DNA from: Schmidtea polychroa | Lineage: Eukaryota | DNA: 64,000 bases | Assembly (NCBI GenBank): GCA_044892525.1 | Contig: CM097886.1 | Location: 134,664,001-134,728,000, forward strand | Direction of reading: 5' to 3' | In this document: positions 1-12,010 of the stretch, one piece after another | Layout of the letters: each line of letters starts with the position of its first letter | How positions within the stretch are numbered: position 1 is the stretch's first letter | Translations under genes and position numbers: made by a program | The notes under the pieces: generated by a model | What the model saw: the letters and a program-made list of their open reading frames with translations, nothing else | Database searches by the model: none | What the model was told of the DNA's origin: nothing

Positions 1-770
1 CCTTCCTATGATAATCTTTAATGATGAGTCTGGTGACCCAACTTCTATCACTCAAGATTATTGGATACCTTGCTTTAATTGTTAGAAATTCAGCGTTCAC
101 TATACGACTATCACATTGCATAATTCCATCGTTATCTAAAATCGGATTCAGTTTGGTTAATTTACTCCTTTCTTGAACAGAACTATCTTTTTTCAATTGT
201 TTGACTTCTTCTTCAAAATGTTTTCCTTGATCTGCCTTGATTATTCTGATTTCAATATCTTCGATTTCTTCGGATTTCAGTTGATCCTTTTTTCTTGTTT
301 CAATTTGACACCTGCAATTGTTAACATATCTGATTACCCATGCGTATACGCATTTTAACTTAATCCAGTCTGAATAAGATTCTTGTTTGAAACAGCTCAC
401 CGACGATTTAAAGTTCCGATTCTTTAGTTCTGGCTTGTTCATGTGCATAACTACTTTCTTAATTTCCTTACATGTTTTCGATCTGTCAATGAATTCAGTT
501 TTAGGCCATTCGTCTTTTCCCAATTGGAGAAAAGTTGGTCATTTTAACCATTCAGTTTTATCTTGCAGATCACTAGCAGACATTCCTCGGGAAATAAGAT
601 CTACTGGATTTTTCTTCGTAGGCACATGCTTCCACTGGTTGGCTGATGTTTCAAACTTTATAGTTCCAACAACATTACTCACAAATTGTTTGAATGTTCT
701 AGCATGCTGTCGTATCCAATATAGAACATCCATACTATCAATCCAGAATGTAACATCCTTGATATCATAA
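1..770 (-). mobile_element. BEL/Pao LTR retrotransposon pol fragment (RNase H to pre-integrase region)
   Basis: ORF 539-733 reads VLYWI...FVSN..W.HV..KNPVDLISRG; further 3' on the minus strand the frame reads PILDNDGIMQCDSRIV...RYPIILSDRSWVTRLIIKDYH. Both are BEL/Pao hallmark motifs. Confidence 0.85.
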
Positions 771-787
771 TTTATTGCTCTCGATTT

Positions 788-791
<4 letters not shown>

Positions 792-827
<36 letters not shown>
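792..827. repeat. (TG)n microsatellite
   Basis: Uninterrupted TG run of about 18 units. Confidence 0.98.
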
Positions 828-828
<1 letters not shown>

Positions 829-1238
829 TTATTTATAGGTTCGTATTTTTTGCTAACTTTGAATAATGACCTATTTCTGGTTAAAAGTTGGAATGTATTT
901 TTGGGATTATAATCAATGAGTTATTTTTTTGTTTGAAGTTGTAGATTTATTTGTAAAATTATAGCTTTTTGGAATTTCCTGATTTTTTTATCCAATTTTG
1001 AATTTTAGTTGATTATGTAAAATAAAAAAACAAATGTCAAGACAAGTGATTTAGATCAAGAAATTAATGTTGAATCTTTATTCAGATCTTAAGGTTCTAT
1101 GAGAACCCAAGCCACAAATTTTGGGATAACCGTCAAAGCAATTAGTGAAAAAATTATTATGAAAGATATTCTTTTATCCGAAAAAGATGAAACTACCTTA
1201 TTTCTAGTTCACAGAAAGCGAATTAATAAATGCAATCA

Positions 1239-1545
1239 TCACTATATATAATTATCTATGAATGTCTGTTTGTCTGCTTGTTCGGCACTAACGCTTTGCA
1301 ACTGCATCTGTAAAAATTTTCTAAGGTTTTTAATCGTCAAGGATAAAGATTCTAATTGACGGGTTATACATATCAAAATTCATTTATGCCGTACTCTCTT
1401 TAGCCTATAGAAACAATAAAACATCAAACCTATATTTACAATTATAATTCAATAATTGTTTGGCAATCATAAAAGCAACAATAATCGCCGTCAGCTTTCT
1501 CCAATTGAATTGATTAAATCAAAGAATTAGCTAAGTCCCGGAATA
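1239..1545 (+). mobile_element. possible non-autonomous Helitron-like element
   Basis: A|TCACTATATATAATTATCTATGAATGTCTGTTTGTCTG resembles the 5' end of non-autonomous Helitrons; the 3' hairpin/CTAG is degenerate, so the end coordinate is approximate. Confidence 0.3.
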
Positions 1546-1708
1546 TCTATTATACTGTATCCCAAGCAAATATGTAAATTATACTCATAACAATAAAAAT
1601 AATTGCAATGACTTCCAAATGCTTCTCGGATTTGGATTTGCAGTCCATTTCATTCTCCACTCATCACAGCTGTTGTAGAAAAAACTGGGTAATGCATCGT
1701 TTCAAATC

Positions 1709-2671
1709 TGTTGGGTTATTGAGTTGGTGATAAATTTAAATGTTACTCTGACTCCAAGCGTGTCTTTATACGATCCACAAATAACACTTGACAACAGAAA
1801 TCTTTATTGATAATCACAAATAAACTTTCACTTTACACTGACAATCAATTCAACACTCTGCTTGGTGACTATACAATGCTTATTGCAACACTCAGTGAGG
1901 AATAGTACGTACGTATAACACCGGATTAAAAGATCACAAATTACTGATTGGTTTATCAACTGGGACTTTGAGCTGGTTGTTTTCTTTGACCTTCTTCACA
2001 AATTTATTCAAATACTCAACTTCTTTTCGTTTTATTGTTCAACTAATTCTTTTCTTCAACTCTTCTCCAATAAGTTTTCTCCACAATCGTTTTCTTTACA
2101 ATTATTTTTCACAAATCGTTTCTTCAACAACGTTTCGTCCAACGTTGTCTAATTTTCCCCAATAATTTTATCTTGCAAATTGCCTCCCAAACTGTCTCAA
2201 TTTCGCGTCACATTTTGTCTCTGATAGTTTCTCTTTATATAGTTTGCTTATATTGTGGCCCTCAAGATAATCAAGTGTTTTCCACTTTCTTTCTCCTGCC
2301 TTCCCCGAATGTTCCATTTTTATCTCTGGCGGCTGTCAAGATAGTTTCCCTTTTTCCTTTTTTGTTCAACCGTCTTCTCCCGGCAATTACGTTATCACTG
2401 GCAAGCTGTCGATAAGAATATTGTTGTTTTCCTTTTTTCCCGATTTCGAAATTCCTCTTCCTTTTTGTACTAATTAATTAGTACTGACCTTGATTTTTAT
2501 TTTCTTGTTTAATTTCTTTTGTTTCATTCCTCTTTTCTCATTTTTCATTTCTTTTTATTTCCGTTTTCTATTCTGAGTTCCCATAGATCGACCCGTTTGT
2601 CATGACGATCTTCCTCCAGGTAATTTTATTTATTTATTTATTTATAAATTGTTATTTAGGTATCCTCAACA
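1709..2671. mobile_element. solo LTR (Gypsy-type)
   Basis: Starts TGTTGGG, ends CCTCAACA, perfect 4-bp TSD AATC on both sides; CTGACTCC motif near the left end is shared with the copies at 4349 and 61357. Confidence 0.85.
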
Positions 2672-3755
2672 AATCCAATGGGCATGCTTATAATCTCTGC
2701 AGCAATCCTTATTCTAAACTTACCGCATTCAGGCAGCAAAAGCAATACAATGAACCGTTCTTTAACATTCCCATCAATACCATTTGTGATGCAACCACTC
2801 AGTTCTTTATACCAACTAACATCACAGGATCCATTACAAAGTATTGAAGGATGAAAATGAAACAGAATGTTAAAGAGAAATTCACTAAATGTTTGTTGTC
2901 GCTTCATATTTAAAAGTGAATATTACATACACTCGTTTTTTGTTTAATTAGTTTTTGTTTTTCGTTTTGTTTTAATTAATTGATTAGTTTTCATGACTAT
3001 TTAAATGCTAAGTATTTTTATTCAAGAATTTATGTAAAATATGTCGGTAGAATAAACGGATGCTATGAATTATTTTAAATTTAATTAATTAATAAATTAT
3101 TTATTTACAGTAAATTATTTTAAATCCTTGTAAAATATAACATTGTCATGTAAAGAAAATAAAGTATTAGTATTTATAAAGAAACTAAATGTTATTATTT
3201 AAAAAGTTATTTAAATATAATTACTCAAAATGTTAAATTCCTCTCGAATTCATATCAGAACTAAGATTACCGTTCATCACATAATGACAACTAATTGTTG
3301 AAGATCATCAGAGTCTTTGAATCTGAATTTGAAGATGTGATCCCAAAGCAGCCGAAAGCTAAGAAGCGTTTCGTAGTTTAGAATTGTGAAAAAAATATGG
3401 CAACGATGCTAAATAAGCTTCAAAAGATGAGAAATGTTGGAGTTATGTATATATAAAAAAATGAAGAAGGTTAAAAAGTTTATTATACGGGTAATAAGTT
3501 TAAGTTTAGGAGTAAGCAATATGACACTGCAAAGTCGCGATTAAAGAGTTAATTAAGCTTAAAACTAATTTAAAATGCACACTGAAAATATTTATTGGAC
3601 GTGGTATTACTTCGTCACCAAGTGACGTTCAACTAAGAAATCAGTTGGTAAAGATTAAAACAGAAGTCTGAGAACCACCAATTTAACTAGGAAATTCTTT
3701 AAAGTAGAAAGCGGTTGCTACAGCTGGCTTCAACATCAACCATATTGAATGCAGA

Positions 3756-4011
3756 CAGTGGCGGAACTTCAAAATTTGGGCCCCACGCGCAATGTAAAAT
3801 ATTTCCACTTAAATTTTTCGGTTAAAGTTTAATACATAGTTATTCACAGCAGCCGCTATTCAATGATAGTTTTATGTTTGTAGGCAAATATAACTGCGGG
3901 AAAAAAGTTTCAAAAAATGATTGTAAATATTTTTTTAGTAATAATTTTGGGCCCCATATAGCAGGTGGGCCCCCGCAACGCAGGGTCCTGCGTCCACTAG
4001 TTACGCCACTG
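3756..4011. mobile_element. hAT-family MITE
   Basis: TIRs CAGTGGCGGAACT / AGTTACGCCACTG (12/13), 8-bp TSD AATGCAGA / AATTCAGA, subterminal GGGCCCC motifs. Confidence 0.88.
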
Positions 4012-4348
4012 AATTCAGATGCAATTTATAAATCTAAATGGTAAGGCTATCCTGTTTTATTTGTACGAACAACATATTTGGAAGGGAATTTTCATCTTTT
4101 CAGTTTATTGTGTTTTTACTGTTGAAATTATTGACGACTTCAATTATAATTTTCAAATATAAATATTGATTTTGAAAAATATTAAAGAATAATTGGCAAC
4201 TAAAACATTCCAATTAATTTTCATTTTTGTTATATTTCTAATTGAAAGTGCATTAATTTATTATTATTTTATTCACTACCCACTCATACTTTTCCATCAG
4301 AAAAGATTGAATTTTGATTTTAAATAGTGTTTTAATTAGTTTTACTAT

Positions 4349-5096
4349 TGTTTGGTTTTAAATTGAAAGTCGGGTATCTCTCTGACTCCTCTTGTTCTTA
4401 TTCAGCGAAATAACTCAAACCCAACACAGAATAATTTTTATTAAATCTTGATCACAATTACAATTTGTCACTATTTGCACCTTTATCTTTCTGATAATTT
4501 CCACTCGATAAGATAGAAAACCCAAGGGGTGATTACCTTTTCTGGTTCGAGTCTTACTATATTTCTTCTTCTTCTTCTTTGTTTTCCTTTTTTTCTTCAA
4601 CCAAATGGCGGCTTGGTCACTTCTGAGGTCTCTTTTTATACTTTTCATAAGAGGCCAATTATCTAGAAACTTGCACTAAATTATCTTAAATCAATATTTT
4701 TGGGTTTCTAATTTGTTAACTCTTGATTAGACCTCAAAATATTCCTCTTTTTATCTCGCTTCTCGGGTCTCGCTGCGAATCAGGTTTCCTATGGCGTTCG
4801 GGTTTCCCATGGGCTCGGGCTTCCAATTGGCTTGGGTTTTCCATTACCAATTAATTAATTTTAATTAATTTGTTTTTTCGCATTCACTTTCCGTGTGAAC
4901 ACCTTATTAAATTTTTATTATAATTTCTGAATTCGCCTATCAATTTGGCGTTCAACCATACCCGATACCCCCGTTCAATATTGATTTTTGATTTTTATTA
5001 AATTTTAATTAATTTTGCACTTTTATTGATTTTATCCATTTTTTGTTAAGCTTTACTTTTATATATGAACTTTTGGTTTTTGTGCTAACCCCAACA
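4349..5096. mobile_element. solo LTR (same family as 1709 and 61357)
   Basis: TGTTTGG...CCCCAACA termini, perfect TSD CTAT; the left end and the internal GGGTTTCCC repeat block align with 61357-62418. Confidence 0.88.
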
Positions 5097-7497
5097 CTAT
5101 TGTAAGGATGATTAATATAAAATTATTTATCACTGAATTATTTGCAATATGTAAAATTAACTTTTAAACAATTAAATGATAATTTAAGTCTTTTGTTGCA
5201 AATAATGTATTTAATACAAATAAAAAAACTATTCGATAGATCTTGTCAATTTCCTGTATATGAGTTTCTTCGATTTTCAAAATGCTTTCTGATCTTCTTT
5301 TCTATTTCCTTGTTCCTACTTCTCATTGCTTGTTTATCATTTTTGTTTAATGACAAATCCCAACGACGTAAAACTTTATTTATTTTAACAATTGATTTCA
5401 ACGAATTCAAAGATAGCAATTTTCAACACACCTCAAAAGTTTCAAATGATTATTAAAACTCTTCTGGAGAAATTGCACAACAATGATAATACTCTGAGAA
5501 CACAATTCAATACGACAGTTTTCTTGTAGTTTCTCTTCCAACTGTTTTCCTGATTCTCAACCATTTACTTAAAATCTCCAAGTAAATTTAAATCCCCTAG
5601 AAAATTTTTCTCGTCTCGCGCTTGTATTTGCTAATTATTTAATTTTTTATTTTTCTTTCATTTGACTTTTTTTATTTAATTCTGTTTTTATTGATTTTCT
5701 TTTGTTCCCTTCTCATTTTCAATCTCTTTTCCACTCTTATTTCACCGAGTTCCAGAACAACACTCCATTCATTTATCATAATTTCCCCCAAGAATTTAAT
5801 ATTTATTTTTGTTCTATCATTTAGGCATGCTCAATATTACTAACTTAGATATTGTTCAGAACTTAAGATGATTCTATAAAAAATGTTAATTCTTAATCAA
5901 CTACATATTTTGTATTTTGAAAGAAATAATTATTAATTGAAATGAATGAAATTTTATTTTAAAACTTTGTTGAAAGCTTTCATGAAAAATAAAATATAAT
6001 GTTTTACTTATCATGATAATGCATATATTTAAATTTTATTACAATATAAACGCCATCGAGTTTACTAAAAGCTTTGTTTTTTTATTTTACAAGTATTATT
6101 TTAATATTAATATAAATTTTAATACTATGTTAGTTCATAGGAAAATTATAATTCCAGAATTAATTGAATTCAAAACAAATGTGCAAGTATTAGATAATTT
6201 GTTGTCATTATATATTGAATTCATTATTATTAACTCCATTGTTCGAGTAAGAATTATTTCAATTTCTAAGTCAATATTGTTTTTTATTTGATAGTTTTTC
6301 TATTTGTCCAAAGTTTAAAATTTGAATAGAATTATTTTTAGTTGGATTTAAATATAGAAAGTGATTTACTTATTTGAATTTTAAGATTTGGCATTGTTGT
6401 AGTTAATAATTAAAAATGTTAATAAAGTCATTGACTAAAAAAATACATAAAAATTAGTTTACAGGTAATTTTTATAAAAAAAAAACTACGGTAAATAACA
6501 ACATATTCATAGTAAATATTTATTTGAAATCGGTTAATTATTTTTCCTTTTTAATCATTATTTGGTTTTTCTTTTTTATTTGTAAATATTTTACGTTCAA
6601 CTTAGATTATATAATTATAACCATTTAAAAATAATCTAAACGAAAATATTATTTATTATTTTCCACATTAGTCATTTGACATTAAATAGACATTTGAAAT
6701 GAGCTTGTTAAACTCCAATTTTCAAAAATTTTACGTGTTGCCGATAATAAATATCTAGTTCAAAATTGATGTTGTGGGTTTAATTGTTAAATGTTAAGGA
6801 GAAATTTGTTGAACATACCAGAGTCACATTAAAAATCTGTATTGGAACTGCTGGTGTGTATGTGAGTAAATATTCTGTACGGGTGAATGCAAAAATATGT
6901 TTATAACTTACAATAATAATACAACAAAATAATTAAGTGGAACATAAAATTTATTTAACAAATATATAAACCTTTGAATTGGAATCCAACTTTCATTAAT
7001 TCATATAATCATAATTCAGGTTCTAACAAAACTTATGCAATGGTTATAGTTTTCATATTGAGTTTGATCTATATTTCCAAAATTTTGAATTTCTTATTTT
7101 ATTTCCAAGGATATATTTTATTCTAGATTTTTTATTGATTCTTTCCTTAGTTAAAATTATTCTCAAATATTCGAATTATAATTTATAATTTACCATAATA
7201 ATACAACAATAAAAGCATAAAGTAAATAAAAATTTACATCACAAAAGCGTTCACCACAGTTGGGTTCAATAACTTGTATTCTCTTGAAAGATTCATATTT
7301 TCGCAGATTTGATAAGTCGAATTGATCAAAACGCATTACCGAGTAATGTCAATTAGTAAAAATTTTGCTATTTCAAAATATTTTAAATACAATAAAATTT
7401 TTGACAAATATTCAGATTAATAGTAATAATATTTTATGCATTTAAACACATGTCCCTTCAATTTAATTATATATATATATATATATACATATTATAT

Positions 7498-7849
7498 GGT
7501 GACCCGATAAAACCGCGCCGACAAAATCGCGAAGTATGTTTTCCGACAAAATCGCGTTGACAAAATGGCGCCGACAAAATCGCGCTGCGATTTACATTTA
7601 CAATTAGAAATTAATCAATTAATCTGTTCTGCGTGCTATCTCACATAATATTGAGCTCTAAATAAATGTTAGTCCTATAATTAAATTTGTTATCTATATA
7701 AAAAACACATATATAAAAAACACAACACAAGATTTTAATTAATTGATATTGTATTTTTTATCGCGATTTTGTCGGCGCCATTTTGTCAACGCGATTTTGT
7801 CGGAAAACATACTTCGCGATTTTGTCGGCGCGGTTTTGTCGGTGAACCC
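7498..7849. mobile_element. Mutator/foldback-like MITE
   Basis: About 95-bp TIRs built from tandem GACAAAATCGCG subrepeats, perfect 9-bp TSD ATATTATAT, inserted beside a (TA)n run. Confidence 0.88.
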
Positions 7850-8451
7850 ATATTATATATATACATATATAAAAAAATATTTCAGAATATAAAAAAATAT
7901 TTTTTTCATTATTTTATTGAACCTCCAATTTGAGCTGGAATTCTGAGATTTGATCGACATTAACAATTTCTTTCAATTCCAAATCAAATATACAATAAAG
8001 ATAGTATATGCAATTTTGTATTTGTGTGAATGTTATGTATGCGTTTTGTGTTGCGTGCAGGTTTTTAGACGGTTCTGTAGTGTCAGTCTTATTTTATAAC
8101 CTAATAAGATTTACCTTTTTAGATTTTTAAGAAAAACGGTTTAAGTTTTGGGCGACTAAGACTAATTTTTTGTCGCTATTTATATTATTTTTTGTGCTTG
8201 CTCTTAACATTAAATTTAAATTAATATATTTCTTAGTCGTGTTCGAGTACTGTTAATTATTAAAAAAATACGTTAATTACTGTTAAACATGTCTTTTGAA
8301 ATTATTTAGAAAAATGTGTTTTAAAGAAAAATTTCTTATTATTTTTTACACGTGTTTTTATCATTACTTTTTAAGTATTGAAAGATTTACATATTATTTT
8401 TCAAGTACTTTTGAAAAAATTTGTTCTGTCGTTTTACAATATTGCAAAGCT

Positions 8452-8955
8452 GGCAACGCTCTAGTATAGGGGGGCAATATAAATATAAATAAAAATTAAT
8501 TAATTGATTATAAAATATAAAATAATATATGTAATTTAATAAAATATAATACATTCTAACATATTATATTATACTTATATTAACATATTATATTATATTT
8601 TCAAAGGAAGTTTGCTCTTTGAAAAAAAACTACCTTCACGTATCGACTTTCTGGAACATCGCATAGGACATCGCCAAATAAAATTGTCGGAAATTTCACT
8701 CTTTTTATTTAATTTCATTATTTTTCCGCAAGCACAAGTATATTGACTCGCAAGCACATTGTTCGTTTGCAAATAGGAAATAATACTCACTGGGTCATGG
8801 ATCATGTCAAATAAGTCGAATATATTAGTTATCTTCATGGGCGTTTTAAAATTAGTTGTTACTTGTCTAAATTTATCCTAATCAATTATTTTATAATCAA
8901 TTAATTAATTTTTATTTATATTTATATTGCCCCCCCCCTATACTAGAGCTTCGCC
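8452..8955 (-). mobile_element. internally deleted Merlin (IS1595/ISXO2-like) DNA transposon
   Basis: About 65-bp TIRs beginning GGCAACGCTCTAGTATAGGGGGG, 8-bp TSD GCAAAGCT / GCAAAGTT; ORF 8593-8838 is a Merlin N-terminal Zn-ribbon (CACGKIM...WRC..C..KSIREGSFFSKSKL). Confidence 0.88.
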
Positions 8956-9604
8956 GCAAAGTTTTTAATTATTGTTTCTCAAGCACTATAATTATTGTTA
9001 TTTTGCTCAACTCGTTATTACTGTATTTCTTGATTTTTACTCAAACACATGCTAATTGATTAATAACTCTATAATAATTAATAAATTCCCACATATTTTT
9101 TACTTTACATTGTATATACATAAAATAAAGATGTACATATAAAATAAATAAGCCACAAGAATTAAATGATCAAAATTTTTAACGATAATCCCATCAATAG
9201 TCAAATTTAATACACATAAAATAAAATAAATACGCTATAAGAATTAAAATAGTCAAATCAAAATGTGAACATCAATAATTAAATTAAATCACAACGATTC
9301 GACAATTAGATATAGTTCATGCAACGACGATTTATTGACACTGCTCTCCGGGCTGGATTGGGTTGGCTTGTTCTGAGGGCTCTATATAAACATTTACCCT
9401 GTATTTATTTGGACCCACTCTATAATATTTAGTGAGCTCGAATTCCTTTATTGCTCGGCCCCTGTCATCCAATATTCCTCACTGGACCGTCAAGGTAATG
9501 TCCTCATTACCTTTATCACTGAGGACTAACTCTATTTCACATTCGTTTATGTACATTTTGTCCTCTGGAATCCATTCCTCAATGCTAGATTCATAATATC
9601 CCCA

Positions 9605-10054
9605 TTATTGACGCGTCTCCCAAAATGTCTGCATATTTCTTTCTCTGTGATAATTGATTTTCCTTTGTCGATGATGAAGTTCGGCTCTTCTAATGCAAAA
9701 TTTGGTTCTGGTCCAAGTCCAATTATATCTACACATTTCTGATCCTTCCTCGTTTTCTGGTTTCTCGATATCTTGCATTTCTTCATCTATTGAAAAATAT
9801 TCTTCATCTGAATCCAAATCGCATTGTGGTTCTTCTCCGTTGTTGCTGCTGCATGCTCTGTGCTCTTTCTTGATTGATGTTATTTGTGGTTTGTCTTCTT
9901 TTATAAAGATGAGATCATCGTCGCTGTCGCTTCCCATTAATTCATCCTCGAAAGTTCGTCTACTTCCGTCTTTATTGAATTTCAATTCTCTTTGTGAGGG
10001 TTCGATATATATATCTTCCTCAATTTCTCCTGGCTCATCACTGTTTTCTTCCAT
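9605..10054 (-). CDS. acidic low-complexity accessory ORF, unknown function
   Basis: 149-aa D/E/S-rich ORF with ATG start overlapping the stop of the exonuclease-like ORF; more frameshifted coding-like sequence continues to about 9300. Confidence 0.4.
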   Translation of the reverse strand: MEENSDEPGEIEEDIYIEPSQRELKFNKDGSRRTFEDELMGSDSDDDLIFIKEDKPQITSIKKEHRACSSNNGEEPQCDLDSDEEYFSIDEEMQDIEKPENEEGSEMCRYNWTWTRTKFCIRRAELHHRQRKINYHRERNMQTFWETRQ

Positions 10055-11366
10055 TGACTGAGTTGATGGCCGATCACACTGTTACCTTTCTGAAATGCTG
10101 TCATATCCCATCTTATATCTTCCTCCCACTGTTTTTCTACAATATTGTATATTACTTTAGTAATCAATGTTGTGTCTTCAGACGAAAATGGCTCGGATTT
10201 TTTGAGGATGTTGTTGACTGCTCTATCTTTTTTCCATTTAGGGTGTGCTGCAATTACTTTATACGCAAGATTTGAGAGCTTGATTTTATGTGGTGCTACA
10301 TTTTTTACAAATGAGCACATAAATATATCCTCTGTCAGTTCCCTGGCTCCCATAACATTGTATAGATCCAACGTCAATGTTTTGAGTTTTTTTATTATTT
10401 TGTATCCTACAATTATCTTTCCCACTAATAAGTTCTGCACATCCACCAATGCCTGATATTCGTCCTCGTTTCCTCTAATTCAGGGGTTCTTAACCTTTTC
10501 AAACTTATGGACCCCATAAATATATAATTGGTACTGACGGACCCCTGAAATGTTAAAAAATTAATAAATTGATAGTAAAACACATACATTTTTTAATAAT
10601 TATTTATAAATTTGTTTATTCAGCTTCAAACAAAAATAGTAGTTTTTTGTAAATAGTGCCGCGGACCACTTGGAACCCGTTCGCGGAACCCCTGGGGGTC
10701 CATGGACCCCAGGTTAAGAACCACTGATCTAATTGAATCTCTGTCTGCCTTCGTCCTTTCTGAGTAAAAGTGTTGAATTTTCGTACGTGGGGTCACTTTT
10801 TTATTATATACAATTTCTCCCCTGAAGTTCCTGATACAAATCTCCACGGGTCTGAGATTGTTATTGATGTCTCCTACTTCTTTGACATCCACAAACCTGA
10901 TTGCTCGTTGTCTTTCCGGAATGGGTAGTTGTTGGTGTGTAAATGACATTTTCTTAGATATGAAATCCTGGTGCATTGTGATTTTTGATGGAATGATTTC
11001 AAGCTCTTTGAAAGGGTTTGGTATAGTTGGGACGTACAGGATTTCAATTGCTATTATGCAAGGTAAATTATTCATTTGTATTAGGAGATTATTAAACTCG
11101 TTTGACATGCTTCTGTTGTTTTTGAGGGTTTTGATCACCACTATACAATTGCTTGTTGTAATTATGGGGATTCTTTGCTGACATATTGAAACTTCCGTTT
11201 TTGTAATATGAAACAATATTCTGTGCGGAACTTTTCTCCCTTCGCTTGCTGCTATGTCCGCATTTTCGAGCGTTTCATAGGCACCAATTAGATATCGTAA
11301 TTTTATTCTCCGAGCCTCATTGAGTTTTATTTTGTGCATTTCTCTTTCTTCGTTCTCGCACTTCAT
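9982..11366 (-). pseudogene. REX4/ISG20-like DEDDh 3'-5' exonuclease-fold ORF interrupted by a hAT MITE
   Basis: Removing 10481-10726 plus one TSD joins ORFs 10626-11366 and 9982-10449 in frame (...RDSIR|GNEDEYQALVDVQNLLVGKIIVGY...), giving 376 aa. Pattern FVDVKEVG..VEICIRNFRGEIVYNKKVTP..LLVGKIIVGY..FSSEDT..IYNIVEKQWE parallels REX4 as recalled (VAMDCEMVG..RVSIVNQYGKCVYDKYVKP..MLKGRILVGH..HCSIQDA..LYVMVKKEWE). Confidence 0.78.
10481..10726. mobile_element. hAT (Charlie/Buster-like) MITE
   Basis: TIRs CAGGGGTTCTTAACCT / AGGTTAAGAACCACTG (15/16), 8-bp TSD CTCTAATT / ATCTAATT. Confidence 0.92.
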
Positions 11367-11473
11367 TTCGTTGGGGATACATACTTGATTGGGGAAGCTT
11401 CTGATGGTAATTGGTGTTCCATCTGAGGTGATCTTGTTTTGAAGATTTTTATAGAAGCTATGATATAGTGGAC

Positions 11474-12010
11474 TTAGTTTTGTTTGGGATTGAGTTGAAT
11501 TGGTTGTTGTTTGGGATTGGATCTGGATTGTACGGTATTTCTTGATTGCATTGTATTGTTTTCTCTAAAGAAATAAAATAAATATACATATTGATAGCGC
11601 ATTTGAGGTTTTACATTATGCGCTTTGATATAAATAATATTGATATATGTGAGTTTAAATAATATTATTGACCAATTAAAATCTTTTGAATTATTAATAG
11701 ACCAATGAGGACATTGTGTATTGTCCTGGTATATATTTATCCAAATGAAAATACCCTGGTACATTTCTGACCAGTCGGTGCCGATGCCGCTGCCTTTTCC
11801 ATTTGTATTTTTGTAAACTTGAACGCTAGTAACTATTGCTAAAATTGCAAATGATAACACACTCGTAGCTATTACGTAAAAAGGCCATTGTGGCTTACTT
11901 GCTTTATTTTGAAAAGCTTGTAATTCATTCCAGTTATTTATAATTATTGGTTTCCCTGTAGGTAATTTTATCAGATTTCGCTCGAATTTATTGTTTAGGT
12001 TTGTGTGTAT
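11474..12010 (-). CDS. ORF with one hydrophobic (TM-like) segment, continuing from the protease C-terminus
   Basis: The frame of ORF 11474-11860 is open upstream to about 12010 (..LNNKFERNLIKLPTGKPIIINNW..PFYVIATSVLSFAILAIVTSVQVY..); it is one frameshift away from the protease frame. Confidence 0.4.
   Translation of the reverse strand: MHTNLNNKFERNLIKLPTGKPIIINNWNELQAFQNKASKPQWPFYVIATSVLSFAILAIVTSVQVYKNTNGKGSGIGTDWSEMYQGIFIWINIYQDNTQCPHWSINNSKDFNWSIILFKLTYINIIYIKAHNVKPQMRYQYVYLFYFFRENNTMQSRNTVQSRSNPKQQPIQLNPKQN

Noticed and set aside
4415-4648. SDQAAIW resembling the APE endonuclease SDH motif of a non-LTR element
   Set aside because: It lies inside a TG...CA element with a perfect 4-bp TSD (solo LTR), and no other APE motifs were found.
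5200-5780. Possible fifth solo LTR (T-rich, ending CAACA)
   Set aside because: No matching TG start with a TSD was found.
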